From: Vicinamibacteria bacterium
GTDB taxonomy: Bacteria > Acidobacteriota > Vicinamibacteria > Marinacidobacterales > Marinacidobacteraceae
Reading direction: 5' to 3'
NCBI GenBank assembly: GCA_964291235.2
Contig: OZ219816.1
Location: 736,001 to 800,000 of the forward strand
DNA length: 64,000 nucleotides
The notes under the pieces were generated by a model. The model saw only the letters and a list, made by a program, of their open reading frames with translations. It had not been told where the DNA came from and did no database searches. This document shows, piece by piece, positions 37,126-47,267 of the stretch. The position numbers were made by a program, and so were the translations under genes. How positions within the stretch are numbered: position 1 is the stretch's first letter; each line of letters opens with the position of its first letter.

Positions 37126-38820
37126 ATGAATCTCACAGTGTCGGAACTGGCTCTGGCGGTGGGGAAGAGCGAAAACTATGTGCGCCAACACATTCATCGC
37201 CGTCACTTGACCGTGCGCCGCACTGGTCGCGCCGTGCAGGTGCCACTCGACGAGGCGGTGAAATGGGCGGGAACGCGCGGTCTGTCGTTTACCCCACCAA
37301 AACGGATCAGCCTCACGCTGCTCGATCAGGACGAACGGATCGGAAGGCTGACGGTTCTGGTGTGGTCCCTTCCGGACGGACGCTCACGCAACCTGCTCAC
37401 CCTGATGCGTCATCGCAAGCCCGAGGCCCTGGGGCCGTGGTCAAAGGAGCCCGATGCCCTCTGGACTGCGGAGGAACTCGGTGACGACCTGAGCCTGCTC
37501 ACCTTCAATGCGCTCTATCCGGAGTGTCTGGAGCATCTCGACTGCATTCGCAAAACGGGATCGATTGAAGCGCACGGGAAACAAATTCACTACGCCCTGG
37601 AAGGCGACCCGAGAACCCACTGGGCCTATCGGGACTACCGGCGTCGTTCGGACGCTTCCATCCGGAGTCCGTTCTCGATGCACAGCGCTGCGATCACGGA
37701 GTACTGGAGTTTTGAAGACGAACCGCACAAGCGATGGTTGTCGCAAACGCGGATGGAACGTCTGCAACCCGCGCTTCGCCATCTCGGTTTTCCGCTCGAC
37801 CGATGCCCCGAGCGCGTCGGGAACCTGCTCGTCGCCGCCGCTGAAGATGCAATCACCTGTCGCCTGACGGCGCATCAGGACCAGACGCTTCGACTCCATG
37901 TCGATGCCAAGGGACTCCTGCCCGAAACGTATCGGGCGACGGTGTGGGCAAGTCACAGCGGGGACGAGGTGTTGCGCCGGGAGGTGCCCGTGACTACCGG
38001 CCAGACGACGATCGAACTGGTGTCCGAGGTGGACCGCACCGGGTTTGCGGTTTGTCGTGGATTCGACGGACAGTACGTGGACCTGGTGGAGTACCTGGCC
38101 GACAGCGAGGCCCTCTACGGAGGGTGGCAGGGGAGTCGGCCGCCGGCCTGGACCGGGGATCGCACGCCCCGGGTGCCGCCTCGTGGGCAGGCGGGCCGTT
38201 CGGCCGCCGCGGCGCCGCGACATCCCGAAGGGACCACCGGTCGGCTCGACCGGGGCATCCGGCAACAGTGGCTCCACCGGGTGGCGTCCCAGAAGGAAGC
38301 GGGAGCCCGGCGCGAGTCCAGTCTGGTCCGCTTCGGTCCCGGGAGGTTCGACGAGGCGGCGCGGCACTTTCTGCATCTCATTTCGAACGACTCGCAACAC
38401 GCGGGGCCCATCTATCTCGCCGACCCCTGTTTTGTGGGCCACGCGATGGCCGACGAAGTCGCGCATCTCTTCGTGGACACCTGCAATGCGATTCAGCGCC
38501 GGTCGCTCCGGGTTCTTTGCGCCGAAGGCGAACCGGAGGACGCACCCATGTGGTGGGCGCGGTACTTGCGGAAGATCGGGGCGAACGTCACCGTGCGGAC
38601 ATTCGTGAACCGCAGCGACGAACGCGGCTGTTTTCACGACCGGTACCTGATCACTCCCGCCCGCGAAGTCCTGATGACGAATTCGTTCAACGGTTGGAAC
38701 AGGTTCGGGGTGACCTTCGTGAGTCTTCCCTATGGTGTTTACCGCGCCGAGGCGGAGCGGTTATGGGCTGTGGATCCCGGCGCCGCCGCCTCGGACATCC
38801 TCGTTCGCGAGCTTTCGTGA
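37126..38820 (+). CDS. Excisionase-like HTH + unknown core + PLD-like (HDR) C-terminal domain (VPA1262-like)
   Basis: LTVSELALAVGKSENYVRQHI HTH; IYLADP, FHDRYLI, TNSFNG. Confidence 0.65.
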   Translation: MNLTVSELALAVGKSENYVRQHIHRRHLTVRRTGRAVQVPLDEAVKWAGTRGLSFTPPKRISLTLLDQDERIGRLTVLVWSLPDGRSRNLLTLMRHRKPEALGPWSKEPDALWTAEELGDDLSLLTFNALYPECLEHLDCIRKTGSIEAHGKQIHYALEGDPRTHWAYRDYRRRSDASIRSPFSMHSAAITEYWSFEDEPHKRWLSQTRMERLQPALRHLGFPLDRCPERVGNLLVAAAEDAITCRLTAHQDQTLRLHVDAKGLLPETYRATVWASHSGDEVLRREVPVTTGQTTIELVSEVDRTGFAVCRGFDGQYVDLVEYLADSEALYGGWQGSRPPAWTGDRTPRVPPRGQAGRSAAAAPRHPEGTTGRLDRGIRQQWLHRVASQKEAGARRESSLVRFGPGRFDEAARHFLHLISNDSQHAGPIYLADPCFVGHAMADEVAHLFVDTCNAIQRRSLRVLCAEGEPEDAPMWWARYLRKIGANVTVRTFVNRSDERGCFHDRYLITPAREVLMTNSFNGWNRFGVTFVSLPYGVYRAEAERLWAVDPGAAASDILVRELS

Positions 38821-40964
38821 TGCCGGGCCAGCCAGGGAGCGAAGCATCTCTGACGGCTGAGTCCCGGGAGGCCGTCTGGCGAATCTTCGGTGCCGGGGCG
38901 GCGCCCGGTACCCCCGGATCGGCATTCGACAACATCGATGCGGTTGTCCGGGAACACGTTCCGGCAGCCGATCAGGATTGCGCCATCGTCACCATCGCCA
39001 GTTGGTTCGACTCCGGAACGCACGTGCACTGGCTGAGGGCGGAATGCGCCGAGCCGGTTGCCGAGCTGGTGCTCGCGGGTGTTGGTCCGCGCCGATCCGA
39101 GGACGCGATCTGGGCCATAGCCTCCATCGGGCTCGATCTTTCGGTTGGAATGCTCCGGCGCCGCTGGTCGGAGGGTGAGATCACTTCCTTTATCGAGGCC
39201 GCGGTCAATACGCTGAACGGGGTCCAGGCCCGGACCCCGGGCGACGCCCACGGCGCGGGAGCCGAGGATGGGGAGTTCAGCGGCTTCCACGAGGCGGTGT
39301 CCCAGGACGGGTTTGTGGGCGCCTTTACCCGCCTGGAGAAGCACAGCCTCGAGCTGGTGAATCAGGGATTGCACCCCGCGGTGGCCAACCTGATCGATCT
39401 GGCGGTCGCACTGTCTCCCGAGCCGTCCCCGCTGCTCATCACCAGGCTGGAGGCTCCGACGATGCAGGCGCGGGCGGCCCGTCGCCTGGTGGCCCGGGGA
39501 GCTTCGAGCGATCCGGGCGTAGCGGCCGGATGGATTGGCGGGGACGCGTCGGATGCTGCGGTCGCGCTGGCGATAATGCACACCCTGAGCGCCATCCGGA
39601 GCCTGGACGAGGGCCGGCTGGTATGGGAGAACCCCGCCGCGCGCGCAGGGAAGCGGGATGACGCTGCCGGTGGCGAAGCCAGACCTCTCGAAGATGTCGC
39701 CGCGAATCTGGTTCACAAACTTCTGGATCGGCTGGGAAGCCTCGATCCGTCCCTTTGCCTGCGCTGGCTCGGCGAACTCCTGAACCAGGCCTCACCGGCG
39801 CTGTCGGCCCCGGGCGACGGAGAAAAACCGCCGCGACTGACGCAACTTGAGCAGGCGTGCACGAGGCTTGCGGTGGGTCTGTTCGCCGAATTCGAGTCCG
39901 CCGATCTGCTCCTGTCGTTCCAGGCGGGGCTGCGGCCGGGCCGCCGGCGACCCTGGGTCCGTCATCAAATGGTGATTGCCCGGGCCATGCACGAACTGGC
40001 CACCGAGCGGGCCGAACAACTCGCCCGGGCTACCGTGGACGAGCATCGGCGGCAGGTGGCGGAGCAGCAGGACGGCTACTACCTGGCGCACGAGTGGAAT
40101 GACTGGAGGGATCGGGAGTGGCTCGAAGGTCTGGGCACGGCGCTTGCCCTGATGAGCGAGGACCTCGATCTTCCGACCTGGGTTGCTGAGGAATGCCGGG
40201 GGTTGCCGCTCACCGTCTGGGACGCGGAGGAGGATCCCGATGGTTTTGCCGTGGCGGAGCAAGTGGCCCAGCACTGGTTTGTGGTGGCGTTGCTCGCGAT
40301 TCCACAGCGGAGCGCGTTCGGCAGACCCTTCGATCGCGCCGCGGTTTGTGCCCTCGCCGAGGCCGTGTGGGCACACTGCCGATTCTGCCGCCAGCATCTC
40401 GAAACCCACCCCGAAGCATCGATTGCCGCGGAGCTGGCAGCCCGCTACGCGATGCGGTACGGACAAGCCGACGATCAATGGACGCTCGACCAGGCGCGCG
40501 GCGAGGGGGTTGGGCCACGGGCCCTTTGCGTGCTGCTGGAGGAGCGGCGAGCCCGAACCACTCCCACGCTTGAAGAGAATCCCGATTACGACGACATGAT
40601 CGTCGCCGAATTGGCACGCATTGCGGCTGAGCGATTCGCCGATGGCGGCCAGTTCGACCTGGAGACCCTGCAGTACTGGGGACAGCTCTGGCTGGCGCTC
40701 GGCGCCGTGGACGAGGCGGAACGGACGGCCCTGGCGATTGTCAGCTTTCCGTTGCGGGCGACCGATCGACAGTACCGGATTCTGGCTCTAAAGCTCCTCG
40801 GGCTGGTCGCCCGGCATCGCAAACCGCGCCAGGAGGTAACGGACTTCGTGGTGCCCCTCTACAACCAGCTCTGGCCCGTTTTTGGGGGAACCCCGACCCA
40901 GGAAGCCGAAGACCGCCAGGAGATCGAGCGGGCCTTCGGAAACTCGAACCTCATCGCGCGCTGA
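38820..40964 (+). CDS. Large alpha-helical hypothetical protein (714 aa)
   Basis: ATG overlaps upstream TGA (TGATG); long natural-looking ORF with no recognised motif. Confidence 0.7.
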   Translation: MPGQPGSEASLTAESREAVWRIFGAGAAPGTPGSAFDNIDAVVREHVPAADQDCAIVTIASWFDSGTHVHWLRAECAEPVAELVLAGVGPRRSEDAIWAIASIGLDLSVGMLRRRWSEGEITSFIEAAVNTLNGVQARTPGDAHGAGAEDGEFSGFHEAVSQDGFVGAFTRLEKHSLELVNQGLHPAVANLIDLAVALSPEPSPLLITRLEAPTMQARAARRLVARGASSDPGVAAGWIGGDASDAAVALAIMHTLSAIRSLDEGRLVWENPAARAGKRDDAAGGEARPLEDVAANLVHKLLDRLGSLDPSLCLRWLGELLNQASPALSAPGDGEKPPRLTQLEQACTRLAVGLFAEFESADLLLSFQAGLRPGRRRPWVRHQMVIARAMHELATERAEQLARATVDEHRRQVAEQQDGYYLAHEWNDWRDREWLEGLGTALALMSEDLDLPTWVAEECRGLPLTVWDAEEDPDGFAVAEQVAQHWFVVALLAIPQRSAFGRPFDRAAVCALAEAVWAHCRFCRQHLETHPEASIAAELAARYAMRYGQADDQWTLDQARGEGVGPRALCVLLEERRARTTPTLEENPDYDDMIVAELARIAAERFADGGQFDLETLQYWGQLWLALGAVDEAERTALAIVSFPLRATDRQYRILALKLLGLVARHRKPRQEVTDFVVPLYNQLWPVFGGTPTQEAEDRQEIERAFGNSNLIAR

Positions 40965-41055
40965 TGGAACCGGCGCCGGCGCTCTGCCGGCCGAGGTGTC
41001 CCCAAGCGCCGGGTGGCCCCGGAACTTCGCCGTGGAGCCCGTACCATGAACGTCC

Positions 41056-42066
41056 GTGACTGGGCCGGCGACATTCGAGCGGGCGCTCCGGCGCGCGATC
41101 GACCAAAAGACGAAGCCCATAGGGTCGCTCGGCAGGATCGAGTGGCTGGCGAAGCGAATCGCCAGGGTCCAGAGGACGCTGGCGCCGCGGATGGAGCGCT
41201 GCCGGCTGCTCCTGTTCGCCGCCGACCACGGGATTGCGGCAGCCGGAGTCTCCGCCTATCCCCAGACAGTCACTCGCCAAATGGTCGGCAATCTGCTTTC
41301 CGGCGGCGCCGCCGCGAATGTCCTCGCCCGCAGCGTGGGAGTGGAGGTTTCGATCGTGGACGCCGGGGTTGCGGGCGGACCGATCGCACACCCGGACCTG
41401 CTCGATCGGCGGATAGGGAACGGGACGCGGAATGCTGCCGAGGGTCCCGCGATGACCCCCGCGCAGCGGGAAGCCGCCATCGAGTGCGGCGAGCTCCTGG
41501 GATCCGAAGGCGACAGTGAGGCACTTGCCCTTGGCGAGATGGGGATCGGCAACACCTCGTCCGCCGCTCTCGTGGCTCACAAACTGCTCGGGATTGACCT
41601 CGATGAGCTGGTGGGCCCGGGATCCGGGCTCGATGGGGTCGGCGTCCACCACAAGCGGCAAGTACTCCGCCGGGCGGCGGTTCGCACTCCCTCTCCCCTC
41701 GCCGCCGGCCCCGCCCTGGCCGAGTACGGCGGGTTTGAGATCGCGATGATGGCGGGGGCGATTCTCGGTGGAGCGTCCGCGGGGCGTCTCGTTCTCGTGG
41801 ACGGCTACATCGCGACTGCCGCTGCCGCCGCGGCGCTCTCGATCCGTCCGGAAATCCGGACGACCCTTGTCTTTGCGCATCGCTCCGCCGAGCCTGGGCA
41901 TGACCTGATGCTGCAAGCGCTCGACGTGCTGCCGCTCCTCGACCTGGGGATGCGTCTCGGCGAAGGGACAGGGGCCCTCCTGGCCTGGCCCGTGGTCCGT
42001 GCCGCTGCCGCGATGCTCCGGGAGATGGCAAGCTTCGACGATGCCGGGATCAGTGGGCCGGTATGA
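41056..42066 (+). CDS. cobT: Nicotinate-nucleotide-dimethylbenzimidazole phosphoribosyltransferase
   Basis: KTKPIGSLGRIE, FAADHG, GEMGIGNT, GGFEIA, LGMRLGEGTGA. Confidence 0.95.
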   Translation: MTGPATFERALRRAIDQKTKPIGSLGRIEWLAKRIARVQRTLAPRMERCRLLLFAADHGIAAAGVSAYPQTVTRQMVGNLLSGGAAANVLARSVGVEVSIVDAGVAGGPIAHPDLLDRRIGNGTRNAAEGPAMTPAQREAAIECGELLGSEGDSEALALGEMGIGNTSSAALVAHKLLGIDLDELVGPGSGLDGVGVHHKRQVLRRAAVRTPSPLAAGPALAEYGGFEIAMMAGAILGGASAGRLVLVDGYIATAAAAAALSIRPEIRTTLVFAHRSAEPGHDLMLQALDVLPLLDLGMRLGEGTGALLAWPVVRAAAAMLREMASFDDAGISGPV

Positions 42067-42824
42067 GCGCGTTGACCCGCGAGCTGGTGCTCTTCCGGTT
42101 GGCGGTGCAATTCCTCACGCGGCTGCCGGTCGGTGACATCGCTGCTTTCACGCCGGAGCTCCTCGGCGCCGCCCGCCGCTATTTCCCGGCTGTGGGTGCC
42201 CTGGTCGGTGGGCTGGGGGCGCTCGGCTACGTCGCAGCGGCGACGGTTTTTCCCCCGTCCATCGCGGCGCTGGCAGCCACCGCCATTACGCTGTTGGCCA
42301 CCGGCGCGTTCCACGAAGACGGACTCGCGGACACGTTCGACGGTTTCGGAGGTCGCGACCGGGAAGCCGCGCTGGCGATCATGCGGGACAGCCGGGTCGG
42401 AAGTTACGGAATGGCGGCGCTCGGGCTCGCCCTGGCCTTCAAGGTGGCCGCGCTCGCCAGTCTTCCCGTCGCTGCCGCGGCTGGTGGCCTGGTGAGTGCT
42501 CACGGGCTTTCTCGTCTCTCCGCGCTCCTGGCGGCCCGAACCTCCCGTTACCTCCGGGACGGGGGCGCTGGAGAGCTCCTTCGCGGCGGTATCGGCGTGG
42601 GCGGGAGCTTGCTTGCCGGTTTGACCGGACTGGCCTGTTTCGGCGTGACGGCTGCTGTCTCGATTCCGGCGGCCCTCACCGGACTCGCCGGACTGGCGCT
42701 TGGCCACCTGTTCATGCGTCGCCTCTACGAACCGCGCTTCGGTGGGCACACCGGCGACACTCTCGGGGCCGTCCAGCAGGTCAGCGAAGTCGGGTTCTAT
42801 CTCGGGGTCGCGGTGTGGCTCTGA
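42063..42824 (+). CDS. cobS: Adenosylcobinamide-GDP ribazoletransferase
   Basis: FLTRLP, TGAFHEDGLAD, MRDSRVG, GGHTGDTLGA. Confidence 0.95.
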   Translation: MSALTRELVLFRLAVQFLTRLPVGDIAAFTPELLGAARRYFPAVGALVGGLGALGYVAAATVFPPSIAALAATAITLLATGAFHEDGLADTFDGFGGRDREAALAIMRDSRVGSYGMAALGLALAFKVAALASLPVAAAAGGLVSAHGLSRLSALLAARTSRYLRDGGAGELLRGGIGVGGSLLAGLTGLACFGVTAAVSIPAALTGLAGLALGHLFMRRLYEPRFGGHTGDTLGAVQQVSEVGFYLGVAVWL

Positions 42825-43312
42825 CACTTGTCCGTCACACCCGGCCGGCCTGGGATGCCGGAGTCTGTTACGGGCGAACCGACATCGGCGTGGCCTCCAG
42901 CTTCCCCGACGACGCGCGCGCGGTGATCCGGCGCCTGACGGCGCCCGACCGCCTTGTTTCCAGCCCCCTCCTTCGTTGTCGGGCGCTCGCCGAACGCATT
43001 GGGGCGGCCTTCAACCTCCGCCCGGCCTTCGACGATCGACTCCAGGAGCTGGACTTTGGCGCATGGGAGGGACGACGCTGGAAGGAAATCGCCCGCGCGG
43101 AGCTGGACGCCTGGGCGACCGACGTGCTGCACGCCTGTCCCCACGGCGGCGAGAGCGTCGCCCGGATGGCGGTCCGGGTGGGGGAAGCGCTCGCCGACCT
43201 GCGGGCGCGGGAGGGGTCGTGCGTGGTGGTCACGCACGCTGGCGTGATCCGGATAGCCAGCGGGCGCCGTTGGGATGCGAATATCCCCTACGGCGCGACC
43301 TGCCACCTCTGA
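42815..43312 (+). CDS. cobC: Alpha-ribazole phosphatase-like histidine phosphatase
   Basis: VRH, CYGRTD, SSPLLRC, ELDFGAWEG, VTHAGVIR; cob context. Confidence 0.85.
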   Translation: MALTLVRHTRPAWDAGVCYGRTDIGVASSFPDDARAVIRRLTAPDRLVSSPLLRCRALAERIGAAFNLRPAFDDRLQELDFGAWEGRRWKEIARAELDAWATDVLHACPHGGESVARMAVRVGEALADLRAREGSCVVVTHAGVIRIASGRRWDANIPYGATCHL

Positions 43313-43348
43313 GAACCAATTGAGGGCGCGAGTGCTGAAAATGTCACG

Positions 43349-43963
43349 ATGACCGATAGCAACGATCAGGGCCGCGCCCACCAGGCGCGAATGCGGACGC
43401 TCCAGGCGGAGGTCCGGAAAAAGCGCGCCACCGCGACGGACCCGGGCCGGGGTCTCGTGCTGGTCCACACCGGAGACGGCAAAGGCAAGTCCAGTTCCGC
43501 CTTCGGGGTCGTCGCGCGATCGCTGGGTTGGGGGCGCCGGGTCGGGGTGGTCCAGTTCATCAAGGGCAACTGGAAGACCGGCGAGCGCCAGTTCTTCAGC
43601 CGCTTTCCGGAGGCGGTGACCTGGCGAACGATGGGCGAGGGGTTCACCTGGGACACGCAGGACCGGGACCGCGACATGGCGGTCGCGGAGGAGGCCTTTG
43701 CTGCCGCGCGGGCGATGCTGTCCTCGGGCGACTACGACCTGGTCGTCCTTGACGAGATCAACGTGGTGATGAGCTATGGCTATCTGGACTCCGGAACCGT
43801 CTTGAAGGGCCTCGACGCGCGCGCCGGGCGCACGAGCGTCATCCTGACGGGACGCGGCGCGCTGCCCGAGGTCATGGACCATGCCGACCTGGTCACCGAG
43901 ATGCGCGAGGTGAAGCACCCCTTCGCCGCCGGGATCAAGGCCCAGCGCGGCCTTGACTACTGA
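43349..43963 (+). CDS. cobO: Cob(I)alamin adenosyltransferase (CobO/BtuR)
   Basis: TGDGKGKSS, QFIKG, LDEIN, LTGR, KHPF..GIKAQRG. Confidence 0.95.
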   Translation: MTDSNDQGRAHQARMRTLQAEVRKKRATATDPGRGLVLVHTGDGKGKSSSAFGVVARSLGWGRRVGVVQFIKGNWKTGERQFFSRFPEAVTWRTMGEGFTWDTQDRDRDMAVAEEAFAAARAMLSSGDYDLVVLDEINVVMSYGYLDSGTVLKGLDARAGRTSVILTGRGALPEVMDHADLVTEMREVKHPFAAGIKAQRGLDY

Positions 43964-43990
43964 GGATTGCGGAGCTGGCGTTTCGCCGGA

Positions 43991-44542
43991 TCACTGCGGC
44001 GCCGGGCTGCCGCCGGACGCTGGCTTCAACAACAGCGGCAGGCCGGCAGTTACCAGTTCCACGCGGTCCGCGATCGCTGCCACGAGCTGATTGAGCCGTC
44101 CCTGGGCGTCACGAAACTCGCGGGCAAGGGCGTTGCCGGGGGCGATGCCGGCTCCCACCTCGTTGGAGACCAGGATCAGGGCCTGGTCCGGGCCGCCCGC
44201 TGCCGTCCGGATGGCTTGGCACAGTGCGGACGTCTCCCGCTCCAGGGGGCGTCCGTGGTGCATCAGGTTGGAAAGCCAGATGGTGAGGCAGTCCACGACC
44301 ACGACACGGCCAGGTCCGCATGCGGAACGAACCGCCGCGGTCAACTCGAGCGGGGCCTCTACGGTCGTGAAATCCGGAGCGCGATCGCGCCGGTGCCGGG
44401 CGATGCGCGCCGCCATCTCCCCGTCGAGCGGTTCCGCGGTGGCGACGAAGATCTTCTCGGGGGCGCGCGAGTCGGCGGCGAGAGTCAGGGCCCGGGCGCT
44501 CTTCCCCGAGCGGGCGCCGCCGAGAACCAGGGTAACCGTCAT
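43991..44542 (-). CDS. cobU: Adenosylcobinamide kinase / guanylyltransferase
   Basis: LGGARSGKS, EMAARIARH, VDCLTIW, SNEVG. Confidence 0.95.
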   Translation of the reverse strand: MTVTLVLGGARSGKSARALTLAADSRAPEKIFVATAEPLDGEMAARIARHRRDRAPDFTTVEAPLELTAAVRSACGPGRVVVVDCLTIWLSNLMHHGRPLERETSALCQAIRTAAGGPDQALILVSNEVGAGIAPGNALAREFRDAQGRLNQLVAAIADRVELVTAGLPLLLKPASGGSPAPQ

Positions 44543-44664
44543 CTGCCGCAGGCAAGTCTGGAGCAAAGCGGTCGGGCCGGCAAGACGGGATTCTGGTGCT
44601 CATTGGTTGGACCCCGGGCGGAGTGGGGGAGAATTGCGCCGATGCCCGTACGTTTACCCAGCTC

Positions 44665-45429
44665 ATGAGCGAAACGCTGTCGGTGCGGGGCATCACGGTC
44701 ATCGCCGGCCGCACCACGCTGGTGCGGGATGTCTCGTTTGATCTCATCCCGGGCGAGCTCATTGCGCTGATCGGACCAAACGGCGCCGGCAAGACCACCC
44801 TGCTCCGCGCCGCGCTGGGTCTCCTGAAGCGCTTCGGGGGACAGGCGCTGCTCGGAGAACGGGACACTCGCGCGCTCGCTCCGCGGGAACGGGCGCGTCG
44901 TATTGCCTATCTCCCCCAGCTGCGCCCGTTGGTCTGGCCCCAGGCGGTCCGTGATGTCGTCGCGCTCGGACGCTTTTCGCACGGTGCGGTGCCCGGAAAC
45001 CTCTCCCGAGCGGATGCGGAAGCGGTGGACGCGGCGATCGAGGTCTGCGATCTCACGCATCTTCGGGAACGCTCGGCCGCGACCCTCTCCGGCGGCGAGC
45101 GGGCCCGCATGCACTGCGCTCGGGCGCTCGCGGCACGGGCGCCGCTCCTGCTTGCCGACGAACCGATCGCCTCGCTCGATCCGCGCCATCAGTTCCAGGT
45201 GATGGAACTCATCCGGACGTTCGTGGACGAGGGTGGAGGCGCGCTCATCGTGCTGCACGACGTAGGGCTGGCGAGACGTTTCGCCGACCGGTTCCTGTGG
45301 ATGAAGGACGGCGAAATTGTCGCTGACGGTACGGTCCCGGAGACGCTCGACCCCGAACGAATGGAGTCAGTCTTCGGTGTGCGGGCCCGGGTCGAGCGCG
45401 ACCTGGTCGCGATCGAGGGGCCGGCATGA
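44665..45429 (+). CDS. Cobalamin/iron-chelate ABC transporter ATPase (BtuD-like)
   Basis: GPNGAGKT, LSGGE, ADEP, VLHD. Confidence 0.9.
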   Translation: MSETLSVRGITVIAGRTTLVRDVSFDLIPGELIALIGPNGAGKTTLLRAALGLLKRFGGQALLGERDTRALAPRERARRIAYLPQLRPLVWPQAVRDVVALGRFSHGAVPGNLSRADAEAVDAAIEVCDLTHLRERSAATLSGGERARMHCARALAARAPLLLADEPIASLDPRHQFQVMELIRTFVDEGGGALIVLHDVGLARRFADRFLWMKDGEIVADGTVPETLDPERMESVFGVRARVERDLVAIEGPA

Positions 45430-46247
45430 GGATCGCGCTGCTGCTGGGGATCCTCGGGGTGCTCTTGTTTCCACCGGCGCCCGCCGGGGCGTCCCCGCCG
45501 CAACGAAAACGGCCGTCGCGGATCGTGAGTCTCGACTACTGCTCCGATCAATTCGTGCTCCGCCTGGCGGACCGCGACCGGATCCTCGCGGTGTCGCCCG
45601 ATGCCGGGAAGAGCTTTTCCTACATGCGGGAGGCGGCGACGGGGTTGCCGCGGGTGCGACCGCGGGCGGAGGACGTGGTGCTGCTGGGGCCCGATCTGGT
45701 GGTTCGCGCCTACGGCGGCGGCCCGAACATCGGTGGTTTCCTGGCGCGCGCCGGGATTGAAATGGCGCAGGTCGAATCCGCGGAGGACCTTGATGGGGTC
45801 AAGCGGGTGCTGCGCGAGATGGCGGAGGCACTCGGCGAGCCGGCGAAAGCGGTCTCCATCATCGCCGATATGGAGGAGCGGGAGGTCGCGCTCGGCCGCC
45901 GGCCGGGAACCGAAACGGTCTTGTACATGACGCCGTCCGGCGTCACCACGGGCCCGGGAACGCTCGTCCACGAAATGCTGCGGGCCGCCGGCTTCCTGAA
46001 TTTCCAGCGCGAGCCGGGGTGGCGGACATTGCCGCTCGAGCGACTTGCCTACGAGCGGCCGGATCGGGTGGCCGCCGCGTTCTTCGTCGGCGATATGAGC
46101 CACTTCGAGGCCTGGAGCGCCATGCGCCATCCGATCGCTCGAGCCCAGTTGCGCGAGCGGCCGGTCACCGCCCTCTCGGGCGCCTGGACAGCGTGTGGGG
46201 GTTGGTTCCTGCTCGACGCTGTCGAGGCGCTGGCCGGGAGCGAATGA
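45426..46247 (+). CDS. Periplasmic cobalamin-binding protein (BtuF-like)
   Basis: Signal peptide, RIVSLDYCSDQ, PDLVV. Confidence 0.8.
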   Translation: MRIALLLGILGVLLFPPAPAGASPPQRKRPSRIVSLDYCSDQFVLRLADRDRILAVSPDAGKSFSYMREAATGLPRVRPRAEDVVLLGPDLVVRAYGGGPNIGGFLARAGIEMAQVESAEDLDGVKRVLREMAEALGEPAKAVSIIADMEEREVALGRRPGTETVLYMTPSGVTTGPGTLVHEMLRAAGFLNFQREPGWRTLPLERLAYERPDRVAAAFFVGDMSHFEAWSAMRHPIARAQLRERPVTALSGAWTACGGWFLLDAVEALAGSE

Positions 46248-47233
46248 CCGGTCGCCGGCTCGTCTGGTGCCTCGCCCTTGCCGGGGCAGGGGGACTCGTG
46301 GCAGCGTGCCTCCTCGGCGCCACCCCCCTGTCACCGGGTCGCGTCCTCGCCGCTTTCCTCGGACAGGGAAGTCCGGGCGATCAGGTTGTCGTCTTGCAGA
46401 TTCGCCTGCCGCGGGCGCTCGCGGCCTTCTCCGTAGGCGCCGCCCTCGGGGTGAGCGGCGCCGCGCTTCAGGGCCTTCTCAGGAATCCGCTGGCGGAGCC
46501 CGGGGTGCTTGGCGTCTCGGCGAGCGCCGCCCTCGGGTCCACGGTAGTCATCTATTACGGACTCGCCGGCGCCTGGCTCTGGGCAGTCCCGATCGCCGCG
46601 GTGGCGAGCGCTCTTGCCGTCACGGCGCTCCTCGCCTTCGCGGCGAGCCACACGCGCTCGGTGGTCACGCTGATCCTGATCGGGGTCGGGTTCTCGAGTT
46701 TCGCCGGCGCCGTGATGTCGCTGCTCCTGAACCTCGCACCCAACCCCTTCTCGCTCGCCGAAATGATCAACTGGACGCTCGGATCGGTGGCGAACCGCAG
46801 CTATGAGGATCTGCTGCTCGCCGTGCCGCTGATGGCGGCGGGGGCGGCGATCCTGTTCCGCTACCGGCGCGGGCTCTCGGCGCTGACCCTCGGGGAGGAA
46901 GCTGCGAGCGGGGTGGGTCTCGATCTCCGGCGCCAGCGGATCGCAGTGGTGGTGGGGGCCGGTCTCGCGGCCGGCGCCGCCGTCGCGTTGGCGGGGGTGA
47001 TCGGTTTCGTGGGAATCGTGGCGCCTCACATCGTCCGTCCGCTGGTCGGCTACGACCCCGCCCGGAGCCTTGTCCCCGCGGCGCTCCTGGCGGGCGTCAT
47101 GCTGGTTGGCGCTGACATCGGCGTCCGGTTGTTGCCTACCGCGGTGGAGTTGAATCTCGGCGTAGTGGCGGCGCTCTTCGGCGCTCCGGCGTTTATCTGG
47201 ATCGCCGCCCGCGGGCGCCCCCTCATGGATTAG
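46244..47233 (+). CDS. FecCD/BtuC-family permease
   Basis: IRLPR, LQGLLRNPLAEP, GVIGFVGIVAPH. Confidence 0.9.
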   Translation: MTGRRLVWCLALAGAGGLVAACLLGATPLSPGRVLAAFLGQGSPGDQVVVLQIRLPRALAAFSVGAALGVSGAALQGLLRNPLAEPGVLGVSASAALGSTVVIYYGLAGAWLWAVPIAAVASALAVTALLAFAASHTRSVVTLILIGVGFSSFAGAVMSLLLNLAPNPFSLAEMINWTLGSVANRSYEDLLLAVPLMAAGAAILFRYRRGLSALTLGEEAASGVGLDLRRQRIAVVVGAGLAAGAAVALAGVIGFVGIVAPHIVRPLVGYDPARSLVPAALLAGVMLVGADIGVRLLPTAVELNLGVVAALFGAPAFIWIAARGRPLMD

Positions 47234-47267
47234 CCCGTGGTGAAACTCGCGTGAGCGCCGTCCGTCC

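Noticed and set aside
37944-38819. 1006-aa ORF starting at 37944
   Set aside because: The first ~290 codons overlap the 37126-38820 gene and are Arg/Gly/Pro-rich; the real start is likely ATG 38820.
40965-41055. Cobalamin riboswitch upstream of cobT
   Set aside because: Region is too short and lacks recognisable B12-box or GGGAA core motifs.
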